Below, in pieces: positions 27,072 through 38,912 of a stretch of 64,000 nt of DNA. The number at the start of each line of letters is the position of its first letter. The stretch's first letter is position 1. Position numbers and translations under genes: made by a program. The notes below the pieces were generated by a model, which was given only the letters and a program-made list of their open reading frames with translations, was not told the DNA's origin and did not search any database. This stretch comes from Lingula anatina (Eukaryota; Animalia; Brachiopoda): NCBI GenBank assembly GCA_051362555.1, contig CM120647.1, positions 10,416,001 to 10,480,000 on the forward strand, in the 5' to 3' direction.

Positions 27072-29713
27072 TTGCATTCATATCAATCAGGTGTCAGTTT
27101 CTGATGTATCTGATAAGATCAGACATTGTTTTATAGACTTTTTTTTAATCTTGGTATAGTTTTTTTTTTTTTATTTAAGCATGCAACTATTACATGTACA
27201 GCTAAAGACCTGCACGTAGCAAATGTTTACACAACACAATTTTTTGAAGAAATTTTCTGACATTTTATTAGTCCAAAATTTGTGCAGTGTTTTTGGTAAA
27301 AGCTGTTCAGAGTTAATTTTAATTTCTTTAACTTTATAATTGTTTTTCTGTCAATCACATAGAATTTACCTTGACATTGCAGGACATCCTGTCACAGATT
27401 TCTCAGGGACAGATCATCACGGACTCCGTCATCTCTCCCACCATGAAGGAGGACTTCTATAGATGGTATCAAGACCAGCTTCAGAGCAGGGCCTTCTCTG
27501 TTCTGGCATCGCTGAACCAAGACGGCACGGAATCTCAGAGAAAAACCATGATGTTTCTTCAGCAGCAAGTGCCCCCAGCAGGTGGCACCACAGAACAGCC
27601 ACTAGGTGTCTCTACCGTACAGACAAGAGGGACTTACCTTCCCCCGCACCCATCTATGACCCAAGCCCAGATTGGGGAGCCAAACCAGCAAGTGTCTTTC
27701 CCACCCAACAACGGACATCATCACCTCACACTTCACAGGTCGCCACCAGCTGGCAGCACTGCAGATGACGCCCAAGACATGACCTCACCCAATTCTTTTG
27801 TTGGGAGTGCCGGAAAATCACGCCCAAGGATGCGAGTCAACTTTGACCCACACTATGAAGTTCCCAGGCTTCTATACTGGTTTAATATCAACGATCACCC
27901 AAACCGTACTCAGATGGAGGCTTACGTGGCTGAACTCAATTCTCTCCCTACGAGATATGGAAAGAGGCCCCTGGATGTCACCAACATTATGTACTGGTTC
28001 AAGAATCTGCGTGCTGCGCGGCGTAGGATTGCACGTACAGAAGACAGCCTCAATGCACTCAGTGACTCCAGTGACAAACTCAACTACAACTCAAAAGAAC
28101 ACCTCAGGTGTCTCCCTCCTCAGATGGGTTCTACAGAAAGACTCTCACCAGCTCATCCCAGTGCAGTCCATCCACTCTCTATTACCTCACGACCAGTCCA
28201 CCTAGGAAGAACCTCGCCTCAGCAGGTCACCCAACCCATGGGTCTCTCCCACTCCATTGCCTCCATAGTAAACAGTCCCAAGGATGAAAAGCTTGGCTCG
28301 CAGTCCAATTCTCCCAGGTTGGAGAACAGTTACGTGTCCAATTCTAGTCACGAAGAAGATGATGATGAGGAAATAGATGTTGAAGATGATAGTGAGGATG
28401 AAAGTCCACTACGTATTGTGATTGACCAAAATGAGGATATGCTTGATGATGAATCTGCAAAAACTGACTCAGCTTGTCTTGAAGCTTCAAGCAATAAAGG
28501 TGCTCCCTCTGTTGAGGAAAAAACTGTGACAACCCATGGTCAACCCACGTCCAACAATCACTGTCAAGGCGAAACAAGTTATGCTTTGGAGAAAAACTAT
28601 AATTCCCAACCAAATGAAGTAGAAGTGACAAGCTCAGCGGAACCTCAGGAAGAACCAGTAGACTTCTCTTTGACAAAACGTAGCTCGGAGGACAGGATCC
28701 CAAGGGCAGCCAGTGTATACAGCTCCAGTAACTCGCGCCCAAGTTCTGTCGCCTCCAGTGTGGGAAGCAGATCATTGTCATATGAGCTTCAGCCTGAACC
28801 AGCTCACAAGAAAATCAAAATGGAGGATGGTACATCTTGGAGTGCACACAGAGGCTTACCTCATCACCAGTTCCCAAGGTCATTCTCAAGGTCAAGTTCA
28901 AGGTCTCCTACTGGGTCAAGTTCAAGGTCAGCTTCCCCATTGGAGAATGTTAAAGGGGCCACCTCTTCATTCAGCCCTTCAGTCACTGGAGTATTTGGAT
29001 TTAATGGACAGATCAAACAGGAGAAAGTGAAGGATTACAGTACTGGGTTATACCCCCCTAGTTCTGCACAGTCCCCCTTGGCCCCAGGGTATCAGGGTGT
29101 TCCACCCCTTGTGTTTCCGAATGGTAAGCTACCACATGGTATGTTTGGTGGTGCACAGATTCCATCTCCTCTGACCCTGAGCTCTCTCCAGCAGCACCAG
29201 CAACAGCAGGCAGTGCTGCCGCCTATTGGTTTCAATCCATACTTCAACCCCTACTTCGTGCAGGCCCAACAGAGTGGTGGAATGGGCAACGGATTGCTGA
29301 TGATACAGCCCAAGTCTGGTTCCTCGTCACCGGCAACTTCTCCTTTTGCCACCTCACCTGGAAGTGGACACGGTCCGAGCTACGCCAGATCTGACCCTGA
29401 CCATGAAATTACCACCTCTCCAACAGTGACCACCGAGAAGAGACAACGCACAAGGGTCTTCATTGATCCCATCACTGAAATCCCCAGACTTGAGTCCTGG
29501 TTCCTCTTGGACACGCATCCCTCTATGTACGAGATGGAGAAGTACTGTGACATTCTGAACTCTTCTGAGTATCGACAGAAATTTCCCAAATTGAATGTGC
29601 GCAATGTTCAGCTGTGGTTCAAGAATCACCGCGCCAAAGTGAAGCGTTTGAAGGGTGCTGACGTGAGAATCGCTATGGCCTACGAGATGGCAGAGGCTAA
29701 GATGATGTGCTAA
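7762..29713 (+). CDS. dve: dve/SATB-like (COMPASS, CUT-class) homeobox protein, isoform A: ULD + CUTL-like domain + two K50 homeodomains
   Basis: Exons 7762-7845 (MDFHAAMETLAEAWVAAN..), 8496-8610, 18849-19052 (KSLPIHCVVE..ALLKLGY), 25888-26014 (GAIQIKNWKPL..ATLRIKIS), 26816-26969 and 27383-29713; intron phases 0,1,1,2,0 are consistent. Homeodomains RPRMRVNFDP..YWFKNLRA and RQRTRVFIDP..LWFKNHRA carry the helix2-3 insertion typical of Dve/CMP proteins. Confidence 0.88.
8222..8424. mobile_element. MITE family A copy (PIF/Harbinger-like, 3-bp TSD)
   Basis: GACTGGGTTCCCA...TGGGAATGGTCCC flanked by TAT/TAT; internally similar to the copies at 10099, 45061, 48895, 53731 and 60431. Confidence 0.75.
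9912..10084. mobile_element. Non-autonomous TIR element with 5-bp TSD
   Basis: CAGGCCCGTAGCCAG...CTGGCTACAGGCCTG flanked by TACTC/TACTC; a diverged inverted copy lies at ~13543-13715. Confidence 0.8.
10099..10355. mobile_element. MITE family A copy
   Basis: GACTGGGTTCCCA...TGGGAATGGTCTC flanked by TTT/TTT. Confidence 0.7.
11292..11357. repeat. Imperfect (CA)n microsatellite
   Basis: CA dinucleotide run seen directly. Confidence 0.9.
13267..13431. mobile_element. Non-autonomous TIR element with 5-bp TSD
   Basis: CAGGGGCATAACCAG...CTGGTCACGCCCCTG flanked by AATCT/AATCT. Confidence 0.8.
14225..14399. mobile_element. Harbinger-like MITE (TAA TSD)
   Basis: GGCCGCATTCAGAACAG...CTGTTCGGAATGAGCCC flanked by TAA/TAA; a related end lies at ~43081-43170. 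Confidence 0.6.
15470..16380 (+). pseudogene. Tc1-family transposase remnant (HTH + DDE), frameshifted and containing stops
   Basis: IVALCQNGQKQTAIARQLNVSQGAVSNVL (HTH), ILTDE, FILQDDNARPH and W..KFPDMNSIENLW motifs spread over several frames. Confidence 0.88.
16809..17300 (-). mobile_element. 3' end of an L2/CR1-clade LINE (5'-truncated)
   Basis: ORF2 C-terminus LLTFKIL..P.YL..RSLRS..YGHRSFEICAPILW..FKKNLKTFLF, short 3' UTR and a (TTA)n tail at 16809-16844. Confidence 0.8.
18016..18270. mobile_element. MITE family B copy
   Basis: GACCTCATTC...GAATGGGGTT termini; a related copy at ~48727-49190 is interrupted by a family A MITE. Confidence 0.6.
21781..21829. repeat. (CT)n microsatellite
   Basis: Seen directly. 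Confidence 0.9.
26989..27070. repeat. Compound (TTTA)n/(ATT)n microsatellite
   Basis: Seen directly; similar low-complexity tracts at ~20238-20295 and ~32495-32710. Confidence 0.85.
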
Positions 29714-31077
29714 TACTGTGACAGTTTGTGGTATAATAATTCAGACCAATGGAAAAATTTAATTAAAATAAGCAATATTCTATATGTATGTTAACAAATG
29801 AAGAGGTTATATTTATAATATAAGTTGAGACCAATCAAGTGTATTAGGGCCAAAATGTAGAACTAACATATTGAGGTGTGATATTATTATGAGGACGATA
29901 AATGCTGTATTTCCTCATTTGTATAGCTTATTGACAATGTTTTCAGTGCTTTCTGCAGAAGAATACATGAGATGAAAAGAGAAACTAGAAGTTTTTCAAT
30001 GTTTTTATCATAGACCAACCATTGAAAGAATTTGTATTTATTTATTTATTTTCACTCAAAACTGACAGCAATATAGTAGTTAGCTTATGACGTAAGTGGA
30101 CCCAGTCCACACACTAGTTTATAGTTTAGCATGAAGTAAAGTGTAGAACTTAGATGTTTGATAAAGATGACTAGAGATGTTGTCTGTTGAGAAGTTGACA
30201 TGTGATGTTAGCTTGATGGAGTATAACATGTATATTTGTACATTATTTGGATAACTTGTGTACTAAGTAGTTAGTAGATATACACATTGATTTACATCTC
30301 ACAGTTTATAGATACGTTAGGCTGTTATTAAGTAACCCAAAGTCTAGTCTGGTAGATGCACACAGTAAATTTTCATTTCATTAAGTTTCCAAGAGATATT
30401 TCTAGATATGCTAGACTGTTATTAAATAACCCAATCAGTGTCTAGTTCATGCTCTCCGAGGTTACTGAGAAGACCATTCTCCTTTGCTGTTTTGCCATTG
30501 TGTAACATATCTTTACAGTATTTTGTTCCCATTTCAATATTTTCTGTAGTGGATGAGTACTGTGGTGCTTACCGGAATGTAAATATATTTTTTTTTGCCA
30601 TTATACTTAAGGTAGTATAAGGAGATGTGGCCTGTGATGAGAAAATGTGGTGATGTGAGTTGATATTAGCTGTTTCTTCAACTAGCTTGACTCAACAGGA
30701 TTCAGATTTAAATGTTTTTAATTGTAGTATTAATTCATAAGCAGTTTGTGTTAATTTTGACATCATGATATTCTAAGTACTTAATAAGACAAAGCTCCTT
30801 ATTTTCATACTTTGCTAACTGCCAGTGATTTTTTAATCTAACAGATAGACCATGGTGGCATATTGTAATTGTTTGACAAGTAAAAAAGACTTCTTTCTTT
30901 CTTTTCCTTATTCTGGATATTGTATTTTTCATCAGGGTTTCGCAAACACTAGTCATTATTTTTGTGTTTTTGAGCAAAAAGTCAAAAGATTACCCAACAC
31001 ATGTCATGGTGCATTAAATGATTCTATTATATTGAACTTAATAAATATATTTTGTGTGTATGTATATTTGATAGCCA

Positions 31078-31134
31078 TAATAAAGCCATATTTTGTGGTA
31101 CAGGGTATTTTTGTATAACAATCGATGGAATAAA
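31078..31134 (+). terminator. Candidate polyadenylation signals ending isoform A (3' UTR ~1.4 kb)
   Basis: Two AATAAA hexamers (~31078, ~31129) followed by a U-rich tract, lying between the cassette A stop and cassette B. Confidence 0.45.
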
Positions 31135-32718
31135 GATCTTTACATTTTACTTCTTTGTTTGTAATTTTATGCACATTTTATCAAACTTGAGAGGAAGTCT
31201 TAACAATTATAAAAATATTTATTGATAATTTGATGTCAGGTCAGCCGGTCCAAATTGAGCAAACGCTGAACAAAATACTTGATTTACTGAAAAAAATTAT
31301 GGTATTGACTCAATCTTCTCAATGGGTAAAACTGAATTTTACAGATACTGTATTTTTCAAGCCATCATTCTTAAAATAAGAGCATTCCTATTGAGTGGTT
31401 GCAACAAAATTAAAAAGCAGACTACCTTGTAGTTCTATTCCATGCATTAAAAGCACTACAAATGCTATTCAAAAATATAATTTTTATGATTTTGAAATCT
31501 TGATGTATCTGAAAGCTTGATATTTTTTGCCCATTCAAAAGATAAAGACATTACCGTAATTGATGACCCCAGCATGTCATGATCATGTCCACCCTGATAA
31601 TACAGAGCACAGAGGTAGAGTGGGCCTTGAATCAGGTGTCCATATACAACACTTAAAACAGATTCAATATCCAAACCAATTTCAAATTAAGTTGATAACC
31701 TGTATTTTATGATAAAGTGCTGAGCATATAGAAGCAGTATCCAACAGTGGATATTTAAAAAGTATATTGCAGTGAACACAGGAAGCAGTGACCAATAGGA
31801 AGTTATATTAAAAAAAATTAATTGTCCTACAGTAAGGGCATAATTTGAAGTTGCTCAGTCACAGACTATCATGATCCACACAATTCTGGAATGTTCATCA
31901 TCTGCCATATTGCCAAAATGTACCTGAAAGCCCTGTGGCTTGTCATTAATTTTTGATTCACTCTCCCAATGCAGACAAGAGTCTGGTGAATTTAACTTAT
32001 GAAAAGTTTTTCCTCTGTATAAAGGACCAGTCCATATTCCATTACTGCCCAGTTTTTGACAAACTACTCACATACCGAAGACATTCGATGTTTCTGGACT
32101 ACATTATTCTTATATATATATTAACTCCTCATTACAAGTGCCAAGCATTTTGTTTAACATGCAATATTTTTTTTCATGTCAAACACAGTCTCACAGTGCA
32201 ACAAAAGTATCAACATTTGTAAAGAAAAAGCAGAAAATTTTATAAAAAAGAAGTGAAAAATATTGCCTGGATGCTTAAGATTTATATTCTAATTAACCCA
32301 AGCAAGTAAAAATGTTGATCTGACGTTTGATTATCAGTGAATTTTCTCTGGTGAGAGGGGGGCACTGAAATGGTTTTATGTAACTTTTTATTCATGGTAA
32401 TGATGTCACCAATTGGGGAATTGTAAATAGGTTGAAAGCCTATAAAGAAGCATTGGACAGTGTGATTATGCTTTTATGGATAATTGTTTTACATATATTA
32501 TTATTATTATTTATTCATTTATTCATTCATTCTTTTATTCATCCATCCACCTATCTGTTTATTCATTCATTCATCCATCATACCTGTTTATTTACGTATT
32601 CTTTCTTTCTTTCTTTTTTCTATATTCATTCATTTATTCATTTATTTATTTTTTTATTCATTTGTTTCTTTCTTTCTTTCTTTATCCATCTGTTTATGTA
32701 TTTATTTATTATCTGCAG

Positions 32719-34325
32719 GGGTTCCCCTCTCTCCTCCAGAGCAGTGTGGACAAGCCAGCTGGTGAAGAGGATGGTGCTCGACTTACTGAAGGAGATGAAC
32801 CAGCCAACTCTGGCCAAACTCTCAGGGCTCTCACAGGTAAAATAATAATAAAATAAAAGGAAAGAAATGGATTCAAATCCTGTGTGATTAAATCAGTCCT
32901 CCCCAAGTGTAAAAATGCCATATCGGATCTTCTTGTGGAGGATACATCATACATGTTAAAATTTATAGTTTGACATTGTTTTTGTTTGCAAATGAAGTGG
33001 ATGCGAACAAAAGGGAAAGATTATGATGACTATTTTCAGAAAAGTGATTCTTGTATGAATTCCATAGCTGACAGGAATAAGAAGGTTTTTTTACAAAAAT
33101 ACTTCTAAGACATGTGACTTTGATAATTAATTGCATGCTTTGGAACTCATCCTCAATCATTCATCCACATCTTTAAATTATTAGATATATTTGTTATTTT
33201 TATTTAAACTCTGAGTTAAAATGAAAACTAACATTCACTGTCAGCATTAAAGGGAAATGATGGAGGCATGCTGATAATGAAAGTTTCAATATTATTCCTG
33301 TGTAGCTCAGGGTAACTTTAAGTGACCCTAGTAAACTGAAAAAAGTATGTGTTTGTAAACTCCATCCAGTGTGTTCCACATATAAATAAGACGGTTCTCT
33401 CCATTTCAGTCCATGATCAGCAACATAGCAAATGACAAATACAAGGCAATAATCACCTCCGAGACCTGTAAGGAGTTTGGGGAGTGGTATATCAAGTACA
33501 AGACTGAGGAGAGAGGTAAAGACCTAAATTTTAAGCTTTTTATTGATTTCCTAAACTGATTTTCAATTGTAAACACTTGTAAGGAATTAACATTGATAAA
33601 ATGAACTTGTTCTAATTTCTATTTATTTAAAAAAAATAAAATAAAATAAAATCAGCTGGTAGGGTCTGCAATAGAAAAATGTTAAAAGTAACTGCTTCAA
33701 AAACATTTTTTTAACATCTTTATTCTCAAGAAGGTTAAATATTGTTGCAGTATAATTGAAGGTGGCAATTCGCCTAGGCATTACATGCTCACCTTAAATA
33801 TGGTCAGATGAACCACAAGTTACTTATTTCCTTGTAAATTATCACCGTATTTGTAAATAAGACACTCAGTGAAATCAAGACTGAAAATATATGTGGGGAT
33901 TGTATTGTACTTGTTGTTATTTTTACTTACAACTTGCAGTAAAATCTTTTGCAAGTCCAGAAAAAGGAGGAAATGTCACACCATCATCACGACTCACCTT
34001 TCACCCAAAGTATGAGCTCCCCCTACTGAGAGGCTGGTTCCAGAAGACAAAGACCCCCAGCGAACCTCTACTCATACATTATGTTAATGAGCTGAACAGA
34101 GGTCATGTAAGGCAAGAAAGGCCAAAGGTCACACTCGATAAACTCAAAATTTGGTGGAAAAATGAGAGACAGAAGGAGAGGAAGCAGAGAGTGAAAGAAA
34201 AGGAGGCGTTGAACCAAAGTAACTCAGGAGAGACTAGGGAGGAATCAACGGGTGGACCTCAACTGACTCAATTAGGCCTTGATGAAGGGCCATTTGAAAG
34301 GGTTTACCAGTATCCAGATACATGA
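32719..34325 (+). CDS. dve: Alternative 3' cassette B of the dve/SATB-like gene: SATB1-like CUTL + single K50 homeodomain
   Basis: Exons 32719-32836 (WTSQLVKRMVLDLLKEMNQPTLAKLSGLSQ), 33410-33515 (SMISNIANDKYKAIITSETCKEFGEWYIKYK) and 33940-34325 (RLTFHPKYELPLLRGWF..KIWWKNERQK). The first acceptor is phase 2, matching the donor at 26014. Confidence 0.8.
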
Positions 34326-35780
34326 GCTATGAAACTCAAACCTGCTATTCCTGTTCACCACTATGGCAGGAACAAATAAGATAGAGCCACTGTCAGTTTT
34401 CTTTTTTCTGCCATTGTGAGAAAAAAAGATGAGTCATGTTTATACTGATTTTTTTGCAAACTTACAGAAAAGTGTCAAGTTAAAAAGTTGGCATACTTTG
34501 ACCACTGGTCATAATTGATGGACACTGGACTTTTATAAGTACAGATGAGTAAGCTGGTTTAAATAACCTTCATTATCATGATTTAGATGATCTTAAATAT
34601 CATGATTAGGATCATCATGGTTTAAAGTATTACTGAATCATTGATAGATGCAATTAAAATGCAATTAAGGCTGTCAAAAATCTATTTAGCTGTCCTAACA
34701 CCAGAGCATATGGATGCATACATATACAAATTTGGAGGCTTGGAATGTAATCAGCTTGTGGATTTCTTCTGTTCCTTTTGTTGTACACCAATTACAAACA
34801 AATGGAAGGTCAGGTAAGGTCTGCTGTGTAGGAGGCTAACAATCAAAATATTAGTTCTGAAAAGCTATTTACTTGAAACAAGTGTTTTAACACTAAGATT
34901 GCAATCCAGTGAAGGTGTTTGACTATATTTTCTCTTATGTCAATTCATGTCCAGTGACAGTAAAGGGGTTCTGCAGCAAATTATCCCCAGATTTAATGGA
35001 CTGAAACTGACATTTTCACCTATCATTGAGGAATGCTCCCAGGTGCTGTTAATTTATATGCCTTCCTAATATTTTCTCAGCCTACAACTACAATCACTAT
35101 AAATCAGTAGAAATCAGTTATATATATTTGTACCATGAGGCTATACTGTTAAGATGTTGATGGAAATGATAGACAGGGATTTTTCTTTTTGTAGGATATT
35201 AAATCTACAAAATTAACCCAGTTTGCAATACGATTCTCACATATGGGGGTTATCAGAGGCAGTGTAAGGGTTTTCTCTTTCAAAAGACTTCTTGTAGATA
35301 CGTTCTTGTAGATACGTTCAAGTAGCTCTTTTTGTTCTGACACTGTTTAAAATAAAAAAAAGAAGTCAATCTTAATATTTTCAAGTGTGCACTTGTTTCA
35401 GGTCTTTGTTCTTAGTTACATACAGTTACATCTTTGTTCCATACATCTAAGTTGTTCCAGTGGTTTTATCTTTTAATGAGGTTTGACTTTTTAAGCCATT
35501 CCCTAAAATATACCTCCTGTCAAGAATCAAGCTCATTTTTCAGAAGTTTGAAATTCAAGTGGTTAATGTATTCTTTGTTGTTTAACTGTTCTTTGCTTTC
35601 CTGTTTTGTTCAATTATTGGATTTCTGAATAAATAACCAAAGCCATCATTTGGTTTGATGTGTATCAAATTGTTTAATTACTATTCATGAATTGGCTTTT
35701 CACAAATTTAATCTCCCAAGTGTCTGGTTTATATAATTATTATTATTAATAATAATAATAAAATAATCCACATTTCTAAT

Positions 35781-37364
35781 TTAAGTATCTGACATTCCAC
35801 CTCCAGAAAATATACTGGCTAAGAAAGACTTATTCAATCCAGCTTTTTTCTTTGGGTCCCCTTTGAGTTTCCTTTCTTTCTTTTTCTGTCTTAAAGCAAC
35901 TGGACCTTTCAGTTGGCCCTCGCTGGTCTCGAGTTTTGATTTCTTGGAAAGGATTTCGTCCTCTGTGTCTTTTTGAGTGAATTCCCACTTCCTCACCTGT
36001 CCTTTCATCTTCTGTGCTTTTTCCAGGCGTTTAAATTTGTCACCCTTTTCAACATTCTGCACGTAAAAGTTGGCCTCCTTTTTCACTTGTGCAATCTCTG
36101 TCCTCATCCTCTGCCTGTGAACCTCCTTTTCATAAGCCAATCTTTCATTCAGATGAACCCACTTGAATTTGGGAAGATATTTAATGTTCCATATTTCATC
36201 ATGCCACCTTGATCTTCTTTTTCCACCAATCTGAAATTAGTAAAGCCTTTCAATGGCCTAATTTTAAAAGATTTGCAGTTTAATAACCATAGGACTAATT
36301 CAAATATATTCATTTTAAATAAATTGCTAAAATAAGCCAGTTTATATCAAGAACAGGCGTCAGGTACTCTAACACAGGTGAGTCATTATTACCCAAGGCA
36401 GGAATTTTCCCAGGATAGGGGGTACAGGCTGTCCAATATTACCACCTATAATTTCCTACAAAATTTCAGGGAGTACAAGTACGCCTAAAGCCACCATATT
36501 TCCAAAAAATCTGTCCGTTTTTGAAAATAGAGGTCAACTGGTGATGCTGGCGGCCGTCCAAATGACAGCTGGGCCCCATAACTCACATGCATCACACATT
36601 GCAACCGAGCGCAAGAATCTCAATTCCATAACTCGCCCATACTTGTTCCATATAATACATTGTAGCCTCTATGTGATATTGCTATTTGCCTTATGCGATG
36701 GTTCGCTGGGAAAAGCTTTGTCCCAAGGACAAGTATGTGACATGTGTGGAAGGGGCTTTACCTGTGTGTTGTTAAGAGAAAGTGCAACTCTCTTTGCAAT
36801 CCTTTTGTCTGCAAACTCCAGCCATCCCTCGGTAAATAATCTGGCCTTTTTGCCTTTTGGGGTTCTCTCTGGAAAACAAAACAAAAGCCTGTGCATATAA
36901 ATCTATGACTTCCTAAAATGAATTTCAGATATTTATATATCAAACAGACTGCAACAAGGAGTTTAAACAGAAACTCCTTGACTGCAATAACAAAAGCATC
37001 ATGAAATATGACTGTATTTCAATCAATTACCAAACCATAAATATCTCCTTAAAAACTTATGTCAAAGTTTAAAAACACCTCTTTTTTAATTGCAACGAGT
37101 AAGATTAAGAGACAAGTAAACCTTGAGGCAAAATGCAGTGAGATTCTTACGGTCTGGTTGTAAGAAAATCCGTCCAATTTCCCCAAACTGTTCGAAAATT
37201 TGTCGCACTTTCTTCACACTCATGTACGGTGGTATTCTGCTAAAGTAGATAATTCCAGCCTCTCGTTCTTTCTTCTCCAATTTAGCCAGTTTCAATTTGT
37301 TTTCCACTTGTTCATCCACTTGCTCATTTAGGAGTAATTCTGGATCGTCGCACGTGTCGTCCAT
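35781..37364 (-). CDS. ABT1: Activator of basal transcription 1 / pre-rRNA processing factor Esf2 (RRM)
   Basis: Exons 37364-37151 (GIIYFSRIPPYM..FGEIGRIFLQP), 36868-36762 (FTEGWLEFADKRIAKRVALSLNNTQ) and 36230-35781 (IGGKRRSRWHDEIWNIKYLPKFKWVHLNERLAYE..RMRTEIAQVKKEANFY); phase-consistent. Confidence 0.95.
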
Positions 37365-37705
37365 GTTTACTAAACGAGATCTCGAGTTACTTGTGCGAGA
37401 TGTAGAAGTTTTGCTGCTTTTTTCTGCTGGTTCTAGGAATTGAAATGCCACAATAATTTCCTTGCGAGTTACTTATACCTGTAAAAATAAATCAAAACAA
37501 TCATGCCTTAATTGATTCTGTTGATAGCATTAAATGAAGCAACTAGTTCAGATCATACATCATGTGACTGTTCAAAATGGAGGATGAATGTTTACACGTC
37601 GACTGCTGCATGCTTTTTTTGTCTATACGGGTACTTATGCAAAACGCATGATTTCCTATGTAACGAGTTATTTAGTCCTGGTAAAACAAATCTTTTCCTC
37701 TTAAA
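37365..37705. promoter_or_regulatory. Probable bidirectional promoter shared by ABT1 and KHK
   Basis: Divergent start codons are only 341 bp apart; the region is locally richer in CpG than its flanks. Confidence 0.55.
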
Positions 37706-38866
37706 ATGGATGATCATCCCCTCAACCAGCGTCCCATAGCTTGTTGCGGACTGACGTGTTGCGATTTTATCACTCTTTGCAAGGGATTCCCCCTAGAAGA
37801 TTCGGATCAAAGGTCAGTAGTACGTAGTATTTGCAGGCCCGGCAATTTCAGCGATAAAGGTCAAAATGAGAACTTTTTGATCCAGAAAACCCCGATCCTT
37901 GACGATATTATCCATGTCATGCTTGTTATGCATTTTACAAGTGGCGCATTTGACAGGTGAAAGCAAGTGGGGTAAACTGTACATATATTTTTCCACAACC
38001 AGTATACAAGAACTACCCTGTAATAGTAAATCATGAGCTCAAGTTTGACCTCGCCTTCTCAGCAACCACCAAGTGTCCTGTGTGTAGGATTGACTTGTCT
38101 AGACCTCCTGTGTTACCTTCCACACTTTCCCAAGGAAGACACTGGCAATAGGTAGAATAGAAAAACATTCTTTTTAGTATGGTGTTGGTTAATTAATTAG
38201 CAGTACACTGCAGTGCATATATTTGATACGCTACATGTAGTTTATAGACATTAAAAGCACGTCTTTACATGTACAAGTATAGACAATTAAAGCACATGTC
38301 TCATTACAGGAAATTTCTTGAGTCATTGTCAGTTTATACAAATAAATAATTTTGTTTAAAAAAACAGAGATTGGACAAAACATACAATATACACTGTAGT
38401 ATAAAATCCAGTTTTGAATATATATTTTCCTTTATAATTAGTTTAGTAACTTGGTTTGTATTTTAATTTATGCCCAACTTAGTAAAGGGGGAAATGCAAC
38501 CTGGAAATCATGAACTTAGCAAGACCATAATTTGGCATTATATCCTAATCTAATTTTTATCGATATGTTAAAGATAGACACATGCTCACTTAGCCAGCAT
38601 TATTATCAGGGCCTGAGTGCAGGATCTCAGGTTGTGGGATTAATGTAGGATTGTTGTTAATCAATAAATATGATAAATACAATATGGTTATATATATTAT
38701 TTCAGATGTATTGATATGTACTGGCAGAGAGGGGGTAATGCATCCAACACCAGCACTGTGTTAGCTCTGTTAGGAGCCAGGACTGAATGTCTCTGCACCA
38801 TAGCTAATACTAGGGAGAAAGAGTAAGTTGATTATAATCCTTGTTTCTCTCGGTTCTCTCTCTCTT

Positions 38867-38912
<46 letters not shown>

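Noticed and set aside
27463-29629. Alternative-frame and antisense ORFs within the large dve exon
   Set aside because: Shadow ORFs of a GC-richer coding exon with no recognisable motifs.
32432-32856. Three overlapping hydrophobic ORFs of 93-137 aa
   Set aside because: They are translations of a TTTA/TTCA low-complexity tract; only 32719-32836 is a real exon.
37365-37451. N-terminal extension of ABT1 in the ORF track
   Set aside because: It begins at a non-ATG codon; the first ATG is at 37364 in a good context (AAACATGG).
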